Part shown: positions 22,920 to 36,538 of the stretch, piece after piece
Layout: every line of letters begins with the position of its first letter
How positions within the stretch are numbered: position 1 is the first letter of the stretch
The notes under the pieces: generated by a model
What the model saw: the letters and a program-made list of their open reading frames with translations, nothing else
Told to the model about the DNA's origin: nothing
Databases searched by the model: none
Position numbers and translations under genes: made by a program
NCBI GenBank assembly: GCA_964016885.1
Contig: OZ024743.1
Coordinates: forward strand, 359,786,001-359,850,000
DNA: 64,000 nt
Direction of reading: 5' to 3'
From: Eledone cirrhosa
Lineage: Eukaryota

Positions 22920-23570
22920 ACACAAGAACAACAATTTTGGAGAAGGAAAGTCGATTAAATCAGCCCCAGTACGTTACTGGTGTTTTATTTTATCGACACT
23001 GTAAAAAAAAGTTAACCTCGGCGGGATTTGAACAGAATGTAATGGCACTCAACTTAATGCCAAAAAGCAAATCCCAATAATCACATAATAATAATTGTTT
23101 CTACATTAGGCACAAGGCCAGCAATTATCTCAGTGCATTACTGGTACTTTATTTTATCGACCCCGTAAGGATTATAGGCAAAGTTAACTTCGGCGGCATT
23201 TGAACTCAGACCATAAAGGGGCGTAACTCTATGCTGCAAGGCATGGTGTCCGATCCTCTACTGATACTGCCAATCAACTGCCCTGATAATAATAATAATG
23301 ATAATAATACTACTGCTACTAATAACAATTGTTTCTACTTTAGGCACAAGGCCAGCAAATACCCAGGGCATTACTGGTACTTTATTTTATCGACCCCGTA
23401 AGGATGAAAGGCAAAGTCAACCTCGGCGGGATTTGAACTCAGATCGTAAAGGGACGTAACTATACTGGAAAGCATGGGTCCGACACTCTACTGATACTGC
23501 CAATCCACTACTACTAATAATAATTGTATCTACTTTAGACACAAGGCCATCAATTACCCAGTACATTAAC
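22920..23570 (-). mobile_element. Tandem cluster of about four MetaSINE-like copies (two near complete, two partial)
   Basis: Repeated 'aattgtttctac..ggcacaaggccagcaattacccag...gaactcaga' at ~23093, 23328 and 23522, plus a diverged copy at 22920-23070. Confidence 0.85.
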
Positions 23571-23579
23571 TAGAAACAA

Positions 23580-24795
23580 AAGCTTACATTGGATGTTGTC
23601 AGAGAAGGCATATTTGAGAAAAATGAAGATCCAGAAAACACAACTGTGATTGCTGAAGAGTGTAAGAAAGCATTTCATGAAAAGCTCCCTGTATTCAGCA
23701 TTCCTTAAGGAAACAAGGAAATAGTGTGACCATAAAGATACTTGGTGATGGTTATGGAAAGGCAACATTAAGAAAGAAACGGAAGCACTTATATTAGCTG
23801 CGCCAGATCAAGCCATAAATAAAAGGTGGATAATGAAAAACATTGACAAGAAAGATGGTCAAGATGAATGCAGAATGTTTTAGGAAAAACAGAGACTGTT
23901 ACTCATATTATCTCAGAGGGTAAGCAGTTAACCAATAATTGTTTCTACATTAGGCACAAAGCCAGCAATTACCCAGTGCATTACTGGTACTTTATTTTAT
24001 CGACCCCGTAATGATGAAAGGCAAAGTCAACCTCGGCGGGATTTGAACTCAGATCGTAAAGGGACGTAACTATGCTGGAAAGCATGGCGTCCGACCATCT
24101 ACCGATACTGCCAATCCACAGAACCAATAATGATTATAAAAAAGGCATGCATACATAATAAGGTAGCAACCATGTTGCACTGGAACTTGTGTAAAAAGGA
24201 AGGATTTCCATGTGTAGAAAAAGCTTTGGAAATAGTGTCACAAATGAGATGAGAGTGCTTGAGAACAATAAGATAAAGTTTTCAAGAGACTTCCCAACTC
24301 AAAACGAGATGAAGATTGAATACATCAGACAAGATATTGAAAAAGGAAAGAAACAGTAGTATCATAGATGTAGCGTGTGATTTTGACACCAGAAATCAAC
24401 GAAAAAATAAGAAAGAATATTATACCGACTTAATGAAATCTTGAAATGCTTTTAAGGAAGTGAAGAAGGTTAAGCTTGTCCCAGTGGTGATTGTTGTTCT
24501 TGGTATGGTGACAAAGAACCTTGAAAACTACGTGCGGAAAACTAATGTTTGCATTAGGGTTTGAACCGCTCCAGAAGACATGATTACTGGGAACAACCCG
24601 AATATTGATAAAGTTTCTAGACTACCAGCCATAGTGAAAGGACAAGGAATAATATGAAAAAGGTTGGAGTTACCCTATGTAACTAGTTGTAGCCAGGTAT
24701 TTCCTAAAATAACCGACTGAAAACAACATAAAAGAAAAGTTGGTCATGATAAATAGTCAAATAAGAATCAAAACGATGATGATGATAATAATGAA
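23580..24795 (+). mobile_element. Decayed 3' part of an R4/Dong-like (restriction-like endonuclease) LINE, interrupted by a SINE
   Basis: KKETEALILAAPDQAIN, ETVTHIISE, NKVATMLHW, IIDVA, VPVVI, LLGTTRIL remnants. Ends in (GAT)/(AAT)-type repeats. Confidence 0.7.
23940..24121 (-). mobile_element. MetaSINE-like copy with 10-bp target-site duplication
   Basis: TSD aaccaataat at 23930-23939 and 24122-24131. Confidence 0.9.
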
Positions 24796-26033
24796 TTGTT
24801 TATCAAATTTTTATAGAAATAAGTTTATATAGATTATTATGATGTTCAATATGTATAAATTTGCTTCAATGAGTAACGCATTTAAAACATTTTATTATGA
24901 AATATTTAAGTCTGAAATTTTGCCTACAAGATACAATAAGTTTAATGTTGTAAAAGTTATTAAATATGGTTGTGGAAATAATGTTTTCTTTTTAACAGTT
25001 TTAAAAGCTTACGCCCAGAGTTAAAAGTGGTGTAGATTAAGAAACGTCAATGATGACATGTCTGTCTTAGAGGATGTGTATTGGAAATTAAATATTTTCC
25101 ATTTAGTTTTCAACTATTCCACACTTTCTAATTTGACAGGACTGCGGGATAAAACTAATGCGAAATACACAATATAGAACATCATGTTATTAGGCTGTAC
25201 CAATACCTATCGAACTGAAGTATTTGGAAAGAATTTGGCTCCCGTCATTGTAAATTTGTTGCAAAATATAGCTGTTGATATGGAATATTTAAGCAGAGTG
25301 AAATGTTGAATGACGTTTTAGTCAATTAGATAGAGTATTGCTAGGGGAAACGGATGAATCTGTATTCAATTCCATCTAACTATTAATAGTTTTCGGAATG
25401 TGCAGCTGATAAAGCGAGGAATTATAAATATAAGCGAAATGTCCTAGACACAGTAGAATAAATAATTAGCTGATTCTAGAAATTGATTTTTTTTGCAAAT
25501 ACACAGAGTAAAAATTTGCGAATTTTCATTCTGAGAGACCAATGTGTAATTACGTTAATACCTGGAACTTTAAGTGAATCCAATTACTGAGAGTAATTTA
25601 AAGATTTATGAGTGAGTAGTTGTCAATATTATGGAATATATAACATCAAACAAGATAGAACAAAGATTGGTCTTTTGGAAACTATGAGCTATGTAACCAT
25701 GATGCACCAGAGAGAGAATGTGAGAGCTTGAGGAAAAGGTAGTTATTCCCTTCGAAGCAACCTAATAAAACAACAACTTTGAAGTTGAGTGAACGAGGGA
25801 GCCCTACACGTTAAAAATACAGTCCAAATGCCATTGAAAATAAAACCACACCATTTTAAAATAGGCAGAATACATACAATAGTTAACGTTATACTAGCAG
25901 CGCTATGTCTGAAGAGACGTAATTGCTACTTTGGATTTGAACACATCACTTCATAAAACTTCCTTGTGTGGTTTCCCTTCGTGTAGAGAGTAGCAAGAAA
26001 GACGTAAAGAAGAAGATTATCTATCTATCTATC

Positions 26034-29000
26034 GATGATAGTAGACGTGTGTTACTTCGGCTGCAGCCTTTATGGATTTGTATCACGTTTTTGACTGTGA
26101 ATTTGTGTTTCATTTGTTTTATTTGTGTGACCTAACCTCCCGCCTGGACTTGAAGATGGGTGGTTATTTTATTTTTACCCCATTTTAGGGGTAAAAACTA
26201 CTTTGAAAAATGTGTATACCAACTTCCAATAATGGACACCATACATGAAAACACCACTGCCATGTCCACCAGGGAAAGTGACAAAGAGGAACAAGTAACT
26301 CAACCTACTGAAGCTTCCCTTCCTTGCTTTCGCATGCGAGTATGGAAGCGGATTTGGCGAACAATTGTAAAAACTTGGGTAATAACCCAAACAATGGAAA
26401 CAGTGAATTGAAAGAATGTATAAATTACACTGACACCACCAACACAAATAACAAAGAAAATGACACAAACACACACAAAAGCGAAGACAGCAGCAACAAT
26501 GACAAAGAAAACAACATAAATGTGAACTCAAAACACGAAAAACTGTACCGCAAACAAGAACAATCAAAACGCAAACACCCAAGAAAACAAGAACAACAGC
26601 AACTAAACACAAAAAGACCCCACTACACGAATATCCTTTGCCCAGGTCGTTAAGGAGACCGAAACTTTCATCCCAGTTGACATCAGTAATCCAGCGGAAT
26701 TGATAAAAGAGGGGAGAAAACAGGTGAGCTTTGGTGAAAACGGTGAATTCGCCATAATCTCCCCTAAGCATATTAAAAGAGACACGGTCCTAAGGACAAT
26801 TAATTTTAGAACTAGATAAAATGCGTCGAAAAAACCAGCTCAATTATGGCATAGCGAAATTGAGCTGGTGTTAAGGACATGATTTTTATTGAGAGAGGGC
26901 AGTAATATGGGAGTTTGATAATTTTGATGAAGGACCAATTGGTGGCCCAAAAATACTCTGTGTCGCCAATTGTGTCCAAACAGTACACTATCTTCTCCAC
27001 CTACATGGGGAAGAAAACTAAAAAAATAACAATCTCCGGTATACACCCAAATACAAATATGTGGTGGATACTAGGAGGAATACTGGACGAAGAAGATGAA
27101 CTCCTTTATATAGGCAAAGCCACCAGGGGCCACTTTGGTGGTATAGGCATACAGGTTCTGGTTCGAATGAAACAAGAACGTATCGCAAAGATACCCCACA
27201 GAAGGCTCCCAATTTATGAACATTGCAGTTGAGGGTAGGCGGCCTGCTTGCTACCTCTGTGGAGGCAGAGGTCACCTGAGGGCTGCCTGTCCTCAACAAA
27301 CTAAAAAACCTTTACTGCCAACACCTCCAAAAACAACACCACCACCACCACCACCCCAAAAACGACAAACACAACAAGTCAACAAAAAACTGAAAAACAA
27401 CTCCAACGACATACATAACAAAACCCCAAAATATACCCCTCCCCCCCAGCATGGAAGAGGATCCCTTAACGTCAGAAGACGAGAAGGAACCCTTCCAAAA
27501 AATAAAGCGAAAAAAAAAAAACACACCGCACCCACACAAAGAAAAATAACCCCTCCCCAAAACAAAACACAAAAAAATACAGAACACAAAACCAACAAAA
27601 ATTACACAGACACAGCTATACACATACTTCAACACAAAAAATATAAAACTTGTGAACAACATTGAACAAAACCCTTCGGTGCAAATCGAAGGGCCAAATT
27701 TCACGAGGGGCACAGAGAACCCCTCTATTAAAATGATTAAAACTCCGATAGACATTTATATAGAACTAAAAGACAATTTTCCTGAGGATGTGCCCCCCCC
27801 CCCCCATCCCTGTGTAAAACCAATGAACCGCGTCCTCCTGAAACATTTCCCCACCCGCAACCAGACACCGACACCACACGAAACACCCCAACCCCACACA
27901 CTCTGATGTCCCCACACCACCACAAACCACCACCCCACCCAACAACCTCTCCCTCACCCCCATGGAAGTTGTGCAGCCCGGTCCCCGGTACGTAAGGAGG
28001 TAGGTGCCTTTTCTTTTCCTTCCCCTTCGCCGCCAACATGGCTGTATTGAGAGTAGGATGTTTAAATGCACGTGGCCTGAGCTCACCTTGGAAGCAGGAA
28101 AAACTTCTAAATGACCTCAGGTCGCGTAGTATAAATGTCATGGCTATTTTCGAGTCCAGGGTCAGCAGCGCACGCCAGGTAGCCCCCACCTTTAACAACT
28201 TTGAGATCTATGCATCTCTCTGTCAGCCAGGAGGTGGGGGTGGGTTTGGTGTTCTGCTGCAAAAACACCTGAGCCTCGCAACGCAGACGGTGCATTTGGA
28301 CCCGGAGGGTCGACTGGTGGTACTAGACGTTGGCAGTGGTGAAGGTGGAGCCTTTAGGCTGGTCGCAGCCTATGCCGCTTTTGGGGCAGCGAGGCCGGAC
28401 TTCTTCCCACGTCTGGAGATTTTTCTAGGGACGTCCCGCTCCTTGCTTTTAGTGGGGGACTGGAATGGCATCCTAGATGCACATTGGGACTATGTAGCGG
28501 CATGTGCTGATAGAGGGGGCTGTAACAGCCTCAAAAGGTTAATCGGCTGGTTTGATCTGACCGATAGATATTGACTAGATTTTCCGACTGCGCGAACCTG
28601 GACTTGGACTAACCGTAGCGGATCATCTAGGTCGTACCTAGATAGGGTCCTAGTTAGAAATAAGGAAAGGGACCTACTAAGTTGTCCAGAGATGCGCATG
28701 GTTGGCTATTCAGATCACAAATTAGTGACCTGCTTATTCAACCTTGATAGAACGCATAGACAGACACCCGGTTACTGGAAGCTGTACTTGTCTTTACCGG
28801 CAAGTAAAGCTTACAGGGATCGGATTAGCGCTTTAGTTAAGGAACGGTTGACGGGGGCTATCGTCAACAGCAGGTGGTGGGGTTCTCCCAAGAGAGAGAT
28901 TAGAGTAGTCTCGATAGGTTTTAGTAAGGAATTAGCCTCAGATAGGATTAGGAAAGAAAGGGAGTTTGTAGCTAGAGTAGAAGAGGCGATTAGAAGCGGC

Positions 29001-31663
29001 AACGTAGCCAGAGTGCTAGCGTCGAGAACGGCCTTAGACCAGTTTTTCGACGCGAAGCAGGAAGGTTGTCAGAAGCAAACTACGTGCTCTAGGAAATGAG
29101 GAGGCCAAATCTGTTAGCTGGGCCCGCGTGACAGAAGCCAAAAGTGGAATTAAATCACTATCCGGTCTTTGAAGGGCCAGGATGGACGGGTGATCCTTGA
29201 ACCTGGACAGATGTGTGAGGCCTTTCAAAGGCACTTTGCACGACTGTTCGTGAGGGTAGGGGGACCGGATGGGGATGTAGATTTCGGTCCATACCTCGAC
29301 GGCCTACCGCATCTTTCGAACGAGGAGGCGAAGTCCTGCGAAAGGCCGATTTCAGCTGCTGAAATAGGGGACGTGCTGAACCAATGCGGCAAACGCAAAT
29401 CCCCGGGTCTCGAAGGTCTTCTATACGAACTTTATGTAGCAATGCCTGAATTTTTCTCGATATCCTCGAGGCAGTCTACTGCAACTGGTAACAGAACGGG
29501 AGAATCCCTGTCCTGTGACCAAGGGCGTAGTCTCGCTAGTGAGGCAGGACGAGAATAAGGGGGATGAAATAAGTAATTTCAGGCCCATAACTCTGCTAAA
29601 TGCGGAGTTAAATATTTTGGCCAAGGTGTTAGCAAAGAGGTTGGCGCTAGTCGTGGGAAACCTGGTGGGAGATGCGCAGACATGTGCTATCCCGTCCAGG
29701 TCCACTCACGACAAGCTCCACCTCATGCGATAATCATAGATGGGTAGGGAATGAACCCGGCTTTGGTGGGGCCCTGATAAACTTGGATAAATCTAAGGCG
29801 TTAGATAGGGTCTACCATAGTTATCTGGATGCGGTGTTAGCGGCGGCAGGTCTCGGACCCGTTTTCCGGGGCTGGATTACTGCCATGCACAACAGCCGCA
29901 TCTGCTCTAGGGTCAAGGTGAACGGCTACCTCTCAGAGCCGTTCCAAATCGCGCGGTCCATCCCACAGGGGTGCCCTCTCTCTTCCCTTCTGTATGTGCT
30001 GGTTCTCTACCCACTGCTGCGGAAGTTGGAGTTGTTGCAGGGCATCCCCTTGGAACCTGGATTGCGGAAAGCGGTGTCGGCCGATGACGTGACAGTAATG
30101 GTGTCGAATACCTCGGAAATCGGGGCAATCGGCACCTTACAGGAGGAATACGAAAGGTTTACAGGCGCGAAGCTGAACCGGGACAAGTTCGTCGGTTTGC
30201 AACTCGGCACGTGGAGAGGCAAACCGATGCCCTCCGACAGCGTCGTCGGACGCTGGACGGAGGGCTCGGTGAAGCTTCTCGGGGCTTGGTTCTGACCAGA
30301 TCTCCAGGTGGAGAAGAACTGGGGTGAGGTAACGAACAGGGTGTTTGCACTGGCCCAGAAGTGGGTCGAATGCAAACTATACCTGAAAGGTCAGGCAAAA
30401 GTGGTGAACGCTAAGATAGCGTCCGTCATCTATTACTGCTTGACTGTCGTGCCTTGCCCAGTTAAAACGCTCACCAAAATGGAGCACGCACTCATTCAAT
30501 TCCTTTGGAAGAAGCGGGCTCCTTTGGTGAGGAGATCCATCTCCTGCCAACACCCTTCGAAAGGAGGTCTGGGAATGCCGTGGCTGCAGATGCGTAAATA
30601 CGCATTAAGGCTACAGCATTTCCAGGTATTCGTTACCGGTCAACCGGTGTGAGCCCCGTTTGTGAGGCGAGCCTTTCCGAGACTCGTCTCAATTACCGAG
30701 CTGCAATCCTGGGTCAAGCAAAGACCGAAAAAAACTGGGCGTCTCGCACACGGAGTGTGCTAGGCGCTCACGGCTCTCTGGCTGGCGGACCCGGCTATCA
30801 GTGGAGACTCCACCTCAATATTTTATAGAGGGTTGGTCAGCAGCAGGTGCGACGACGCCCTCGGAGAAGCCCTATGCATGGAGGAAAAAGAACTGGCCAG
30901 CCTGTTCGGTAGGACATTTGGCCTGGGACCGATTGACAACTTCCAGAGGTCCCTGGCTTGGCAGTGCTACCGTGGGGCTCTGCTCCGGTCGAGACAAGCT
31001 CTACAGACACGGGCTCCCGGGTAGGGAGCCTTCGAAAAAGATCTGTCCGAGATGCATGCGCGACGACGAAACCGTCGCGCACGCATTGGTTCACTGCCCG
31101 GGCGTTGCCGATCTGTGGCGCTATGTGGAACGACTGCTGTCACGGGTGGGACCAATCCGGTTGACCACCGAGTCCATTGTTACGATTAAACCGCCTCTCC
31201 CCTTCAAAAACGAAGGAGAGGCGGTCTTCTTCTGTGTAATAGCCATGGTGAAAGGGTTGGTATGGTGGACGTGTTTGGTAGGACTAAGGTCGGACACCTT
31301 TCTCTCCGGCCAACAACTGCACCTTTTCTTACGATATCATTTCCGAAGAAGGATCATGATGGAGAGAGAGGTGCTCCACCCCAGCCAGTTTTATGAAAAG
31401 TGGGTGAAAGTGGCGAGAATGGCCCGTGTGAATGGGCCTTCTCTCTACATCAGTCTGTAGGTGGAAAGAATAGGAGAAGAAGGAGCACCCTCTCTTTGTG
31501 CTTCCGAGGAGAAGGGTTGCACATTTTTTCGGGGGTGTGTGAGGACTTCGATTGTTTTATTTTGTTTGTTATATTTTCGTACTCGTTTTATTGTATGTAA
31601 ACTTCCCCTCTCCTTTGTATTTGTCCCAATCGTTTATGCCATGGAGGCAAATAAATAGAAAGT
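26034..31663 (+). mobile_element. Second full-length but decayed Tx1/L1-clade LINE, related to 9290-14992
   Basis: ORF1 pieces with CYLCGGRGHLRAAC. ORF2 from ATG 28038 (MAVLRVGCLNARGL) to 31460, broken by many stops and frameshifts. AATAAA 31650-31655. (TATC)n at 26018-26033 and from 31664. Confidence 0.93.
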
Positions 31664-31729
31664 TATCTATCTATCTATCTATCGATCGATCGATCTGTCT
31701 ATCTACCTACCTATTAGTCAATCTATCTA

Positions 31730-32320
31730 GCTAGTTAGTTTGGAGATTGTTGAGTCCAAGCTAACTAACGAATAGAGTGGCTCAGCCAGTCACCCAAATG
31801 TTCAAACTTCAGCAGTCTTTAAGAGATCAGGACAATATAGCCAAGTGGTGTATTTTTGTTTCGTAGACCTCGAAAAGGCATATGACCGCGTTCCATGGAA
31901 CTTGTGGAAGTTTCTGCAGGATTATGGGATCGATAGATAGCTTCTTGTTGCCCTGAACTCTCGTTAGAAATGCCCTTGTATTTGTGTTTGGATAAATGAT
32001 GCTAAGTTGAAAACATTCAATGTGGGTTTCGGACTCCACCAAGGACTGACATGTGCAGCCTGGTTGGAAGAGGTAACGAGACTGGTGAGCGTAGGATCAG
32101 TCGTTTGGAATTAGCGGGTGACATGGTACTACTTAATGCGACAGAAGTTGATTTCCGACATGCACTTGATAGGCTTGCTACGGAGTTCTGCACGGCAGTA
32201 AAGAAAATCAGTGCTATGAAGACTGAGACACTCGTCCTCTCAATGAAGCCTGCTTAGTGTATTCTACCTGTAAATGAAGATCCACTGAAGATGGTGGAGA
32301 AGTGCAAGCATCTAAGAGGG
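31730..32320 (+). mobile_element. Decayed RTE-clade LINE RT fragment
   Basis: FVDLEKAYDRVP-coding DNA near 31858. Similar to the minus-strand RTE at 42400-42700. Confidence 0.65.
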
Positions 32321-32869
32321 GTGTGTCTTCTCATATGAACTTAATTAAATTCCATTTGAGGTGACATGGCATTAACCATTCCTTTAACCACCAAATGTAG
32401 GATGTTGATATTAATTGTTTGGTTCTGTTCAAATTCGTAAAATAACGCGTGCAAATATAATATTGATGTCATGCCTATATATACTTTGAACGTCTTCTAA
32501 GTAGTGACTAAAAATAGGTAAACTATATCCGGAACCAATGCAGTTAGATTCCTGGGGCAGTTGTTGGTGTCGGAGTAATTGCAGATATTATTGTGGTTTT
32601 GCTCTCTGGGCTTGCTATGTTTACTATATTTAGAGATGTGTTGACATGCTAAGGTTTCCTGTGAACTACGAAAGTCCTGGTCCTAAATTATATATACAAA
32701 GATGGTAATATTTATAGTTTAAGGGACTACAATAATTCCACTCAATGACTATATTATTAAAGGGATATGAATATCATATCTCTATATTCCTTTTTGTCTT
32801 CATTTTAGAGTGCTGAGATGTACAGTAGATGATGTGTAATGAATGTTATTATCAAAACCTTTTCTAAGG

Positions 32870-33670
32870 GCGTAGATATGCAGTGTCGGTAGAGCGTCGG
32901 AGAACATGCTTTGCGTCATAGAATTATGCCCGTCTACGTTCTGATTTCAAATGCCATCGAGGTTAACCTTGCCTTTCATCATTATGGCGGCGATAAAATA
33001 AAGCACCAGTAATGCATTGGAGTCGATTTAATCGACATACACCTTCATCCTAAATTGTTGGCCTTGTGCCTAAATCAGAAACTATTATTTTGGCAGTATC
33101 GGTAGAGGGTCGGACGCCATGCTTTGACGTATAGAGTTACGGCCCTTGTCATTCTGAGTTCAATTCCCGCTGAGGTTGACTTTGCCTTTCATCCTTACGG
33201 GGTCGATAAAATAAAGTACCAGTAATGTACTGGGTAAATGCTGGCCTGGTGCCAAAACGTAGAAACAATTATTTGTGGGTATTACAATTATTTGTGGGAT
33301 TGTCAGTATTGGTAGAGCGTCGGAAAACATGCTCTTCGGCACATAGTTACGGCCCATTATGTTCCTAGTTTAAATCCCGCCGACGTTAGATTTACCTTTC
33401 ATCCTTATGGAGGGCAGAATAAATAAACTACCATAAACGCACTGAAGTTGACTTAATCGACTCCCCCTTCCCTTCAAATTGTTGGCATTGTGACAAAAGT
33501 AGAAACAGTTATTAAAACCTTTTCTATGGCAGTTGATTGGTATTGTCTGTTGAGCATCGGACATGTCCTTCGGCATAGAGTTACGTTCTGAGTTCAAATC
33601 CCACCGAGGTTAGACATACCGTTCATCCTTATAGGATCGATAAAATAACGTATCAGTAACGCACTGAAAT
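32870..33670 (+). mobile_element. Tandem cluster of four MetaSINE-like copies
   Basis: Heads at ~32880, 33091, 33300 and 33537, each followed by a gttcaaatcc-like box and 'cctttcatc'. Confidence 0.85.
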
Positions 33671-34284
33671 TCCATTGAAGTGAAGATGTTTAGGAACAAC
33701 AAATTGCCAGCCTGCCAATGATGTGTACTGAAATGAGAAAATGATAGACTGTATGATCGCACTTTCGTTATTCAATTCTGTATGATTACGTATTTATGGT
33801 ATACTCCAGTTACTTAGTGTACAATTCAATATATATAGTTGAAATATCTAAAATTGTTTGTAAGCGTTAATGATATTCAATTTGATGCTAACACTTTGCC
33901 GTTACAAGTATATTTTGTTGGTTTATAAAGCCATTAATTATATATTTCTATGTGAGATTTGAAAGATGTGCACGGCTTTTAATGATTGAAACTAGAAACG
34001 AAATTCGGTCGAAGTTGTTCATAGTTTTTAATTTACGGAGAATTGCTTTAATAACACATGTATACAGGTCTACATGTATATATTTAAATGCCTGTGTTTA
34101 CATTCACATTTGCGGCTGCTCTGGTTAAATCCTGCTCTGTTTCAGTACAAACGTTAGCTACACAACATAAACAATGGATATAGTTTTTTGTCTCAACTAC
34201 AATACAAACTAACTCTATTAGCTAGAACTTACGATGAGGCCTTTCAGTGCCTGCTTAATTTCAGAGATATATCAGCTTTTTTTA

Positions 34285-34618
34285 GAGGCCTTCATCGGCC
34301 ACTACTGGACATGGTTTTGCACCTAGAAAGATTCCCTTCGAGGCACAAGCCTGGGCAAGGTCTGTTTGTGGAAAAACCAGCAGTCGCCCATGCATATCAG
34401 TCTCCCCTCTCCTCACCACCGATGTATTCGAAGGGAAAGGCAATGGCCGAAACAGTTTGGCGCTAGTGACGTCGCAACTCATTGATACATTTGAGTGAAC
34501 TGAAACAATGTGAAATAAAATGTGTTGCTCAAGGACAGCTCATCACTTGCTTCGAGAATCGAACTCACAACCTCTCGATTGTGAGTCCAATGCTTTAACC
34601 ACTGAGGTATGTGCCTTC
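34285..34618 (-). mobile_element. tRNA-derived CORE-type SINE
   Basis: Reverse complement has a tRNA-like head (ctcagtggttaaagc...gagttcgattc) and CORE-like 'ccttgagcaacacattttatttcacattgtttcagttcactca'. Confidence 0.7.
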
Positions 34619-35245
34619 AAATCAACTTAATATTTTTAGCATCCTTAAAAGGGGAAATCTACATAGGATAATATTGTGATTCATGATAGAATATATAAAA
34701 AAATAAGGACGAACTGGTCAATAGCTAAATCCTTTTTAATCCTACATCTACTTGACAAGGCTACCTTAAGTTTAAGCAACTACATTAATAAAAACGTGAG
34801 CACCAACAAAATGTTCCACATGAACTATATAACTATTAGATACACAGAGAAGAGATGTTTCTCTTAACAACAAACGCGACAATTATATAAAGTAGTATAG
34901 TTAATATGAATCATTCTGAGATATGTAATAAATAAGTGATAAGTTTCAGAAAGTCGGTACAATGCGATATAATATAGATAAAGGGCTACGGATGACAATT
35001 TCTACTGCATTTCACTTACTTCTTGAAACTCATACGTCATTTATATTACGAAAATAGTAGTTTAATATGAAGAGAAATTTCAACATGGAACACGTTAAAT
35101 AGATTCAAACAACAACGACTACATATTTTGAAGAAATCGTCTTTCGCGGGCAATAGCAATTATAGGTTGAAAGGTACGATTGCTTGAAGATCACCACCAC
35201 GAAAATTCTAATTGCAGTTTTCTGCTTGTGGCCACTTTCAATGGT

Positions 35246-36538
35246 GTGAGGGTCTGCTGAAAAATTCATAGACTGCCAAACTTACTTTCATGGAATGTGA
35301 CCAAATAAGGTTTTTTTTTCAACATAGTCCCTTTGCGGTCCACACAGTTTTACCATCGGTATTGCGGGCTTAGATCCCATTGGTGAAGACGCTTTCATTC
35401 CGTGGGTAAAAAAATGCGATCAGCAGCAGCTACGACTCCATCATCGCTGCGATACTAGTTTCCAGCTAATTCTTTTCATGTTAGGGAACAGATGATAGTC
35501 ATATGAGGCCAAATCAGGATAATGAATAGGGAGGGTAATCAACCAGTTCAAAGCCACAACCACGCACAGTAGTCATTGAAACCAATAATTTGTGTGCATT
35601 GCCCTAATGAAACAAGACCCATTTTGTCAGTTATTCCTGGGAATTTGGTCTTGATAGTTTTTCGTATCTGCCTCCGTAAGTTGGAATAGTACTTTCCATT
35701 GATGGTGTAGCCTTTTTGAAGATAGTCAATAAACACGATGCCTTCTTCATCCCCAAAACTGAGGCCATCACCTTCGCTGCAGATGAAACGATCTTAGCTC
35801 CGAGGCGGAACATTTGAGGAGGTCCTCGGCTTAGAGGAGGAACATTTGAGGAGGACAGGTGAGGAGGAACATTTCTACTTCAGGGGTACTTTCTTTGTCT
35901 CTAGCTCGAAGTGATGAACTCAACACCCATCCTGGATTAGAAAACTGTCAAGGAAACTAGCTGGATCTGTCTGAAATAATATCAGATTTTCCTGTGATAT
36001 GATCAGTCTGGTGCGCGTTTGATCCGGTGTTAGAAGACATGGCCGCCACCGCGCATAAACCTTCGTCGTGTTAAATTCATTGTGTAGAATATTCTCAACC
36101 CTCTCTCGCGATATGCTAATAGCATTGGCTATTTGAGTTATTGTTAATGGCCTTTCACTCATCACCATATTGCAGGACATGCAGGTCATCTTCAAGACTT
36201 TTCCTTCTTCTCCTAAATCTAGCTGCCCTGGTTTGCCCTGTTGATAAAACTGGGGTGTCATCCCCTAACATAGCAACCATGTCAGCATGAATGTCATTGG
36301 GTGCTAAACACTTTTCTGCAGGTACTTGATAACACCGCGATGCCACATTTTCTCCATTTTCAAGAAAATTGCTACTAGTTACATTCGACGTCTTCTTTGA
36401 ACAGCCAGATGTCAGTTTACCTGGATAGAAACAATGCAATTATTAATAAGAAGAGTTGAAATAAATGCGTGCATGATTGCATAGCTATAGCATCACTCAT
36501 TCATAGTGAGCCTATGAACTCTTCCGTCCACCCTCGTT
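35246..36538 (-). mobile_element. Decayed mariner DNA transposon (~1.3 kb)
   Basis: Transposase remnants VYARWRPCLLT (WVPHxL), SAAKVMASV and IDYLQKGYTINGKYY. Imperfect TIRs gagggtctgctgaaaaattcatagact / agcctatgaactcttccgtccaccctcg. Confidence 0.88.

Noticed and set aside
24840-25700. Possible decayed DNA transposase (also 58500-59700)
   Set aside because: Only vague motif resemblance, with no TIRs or readable ORF.
25905-25955. CTGAAGA...GAAA hammerhead-like spacing
   Set aside because: Stems I and II cannot pair.
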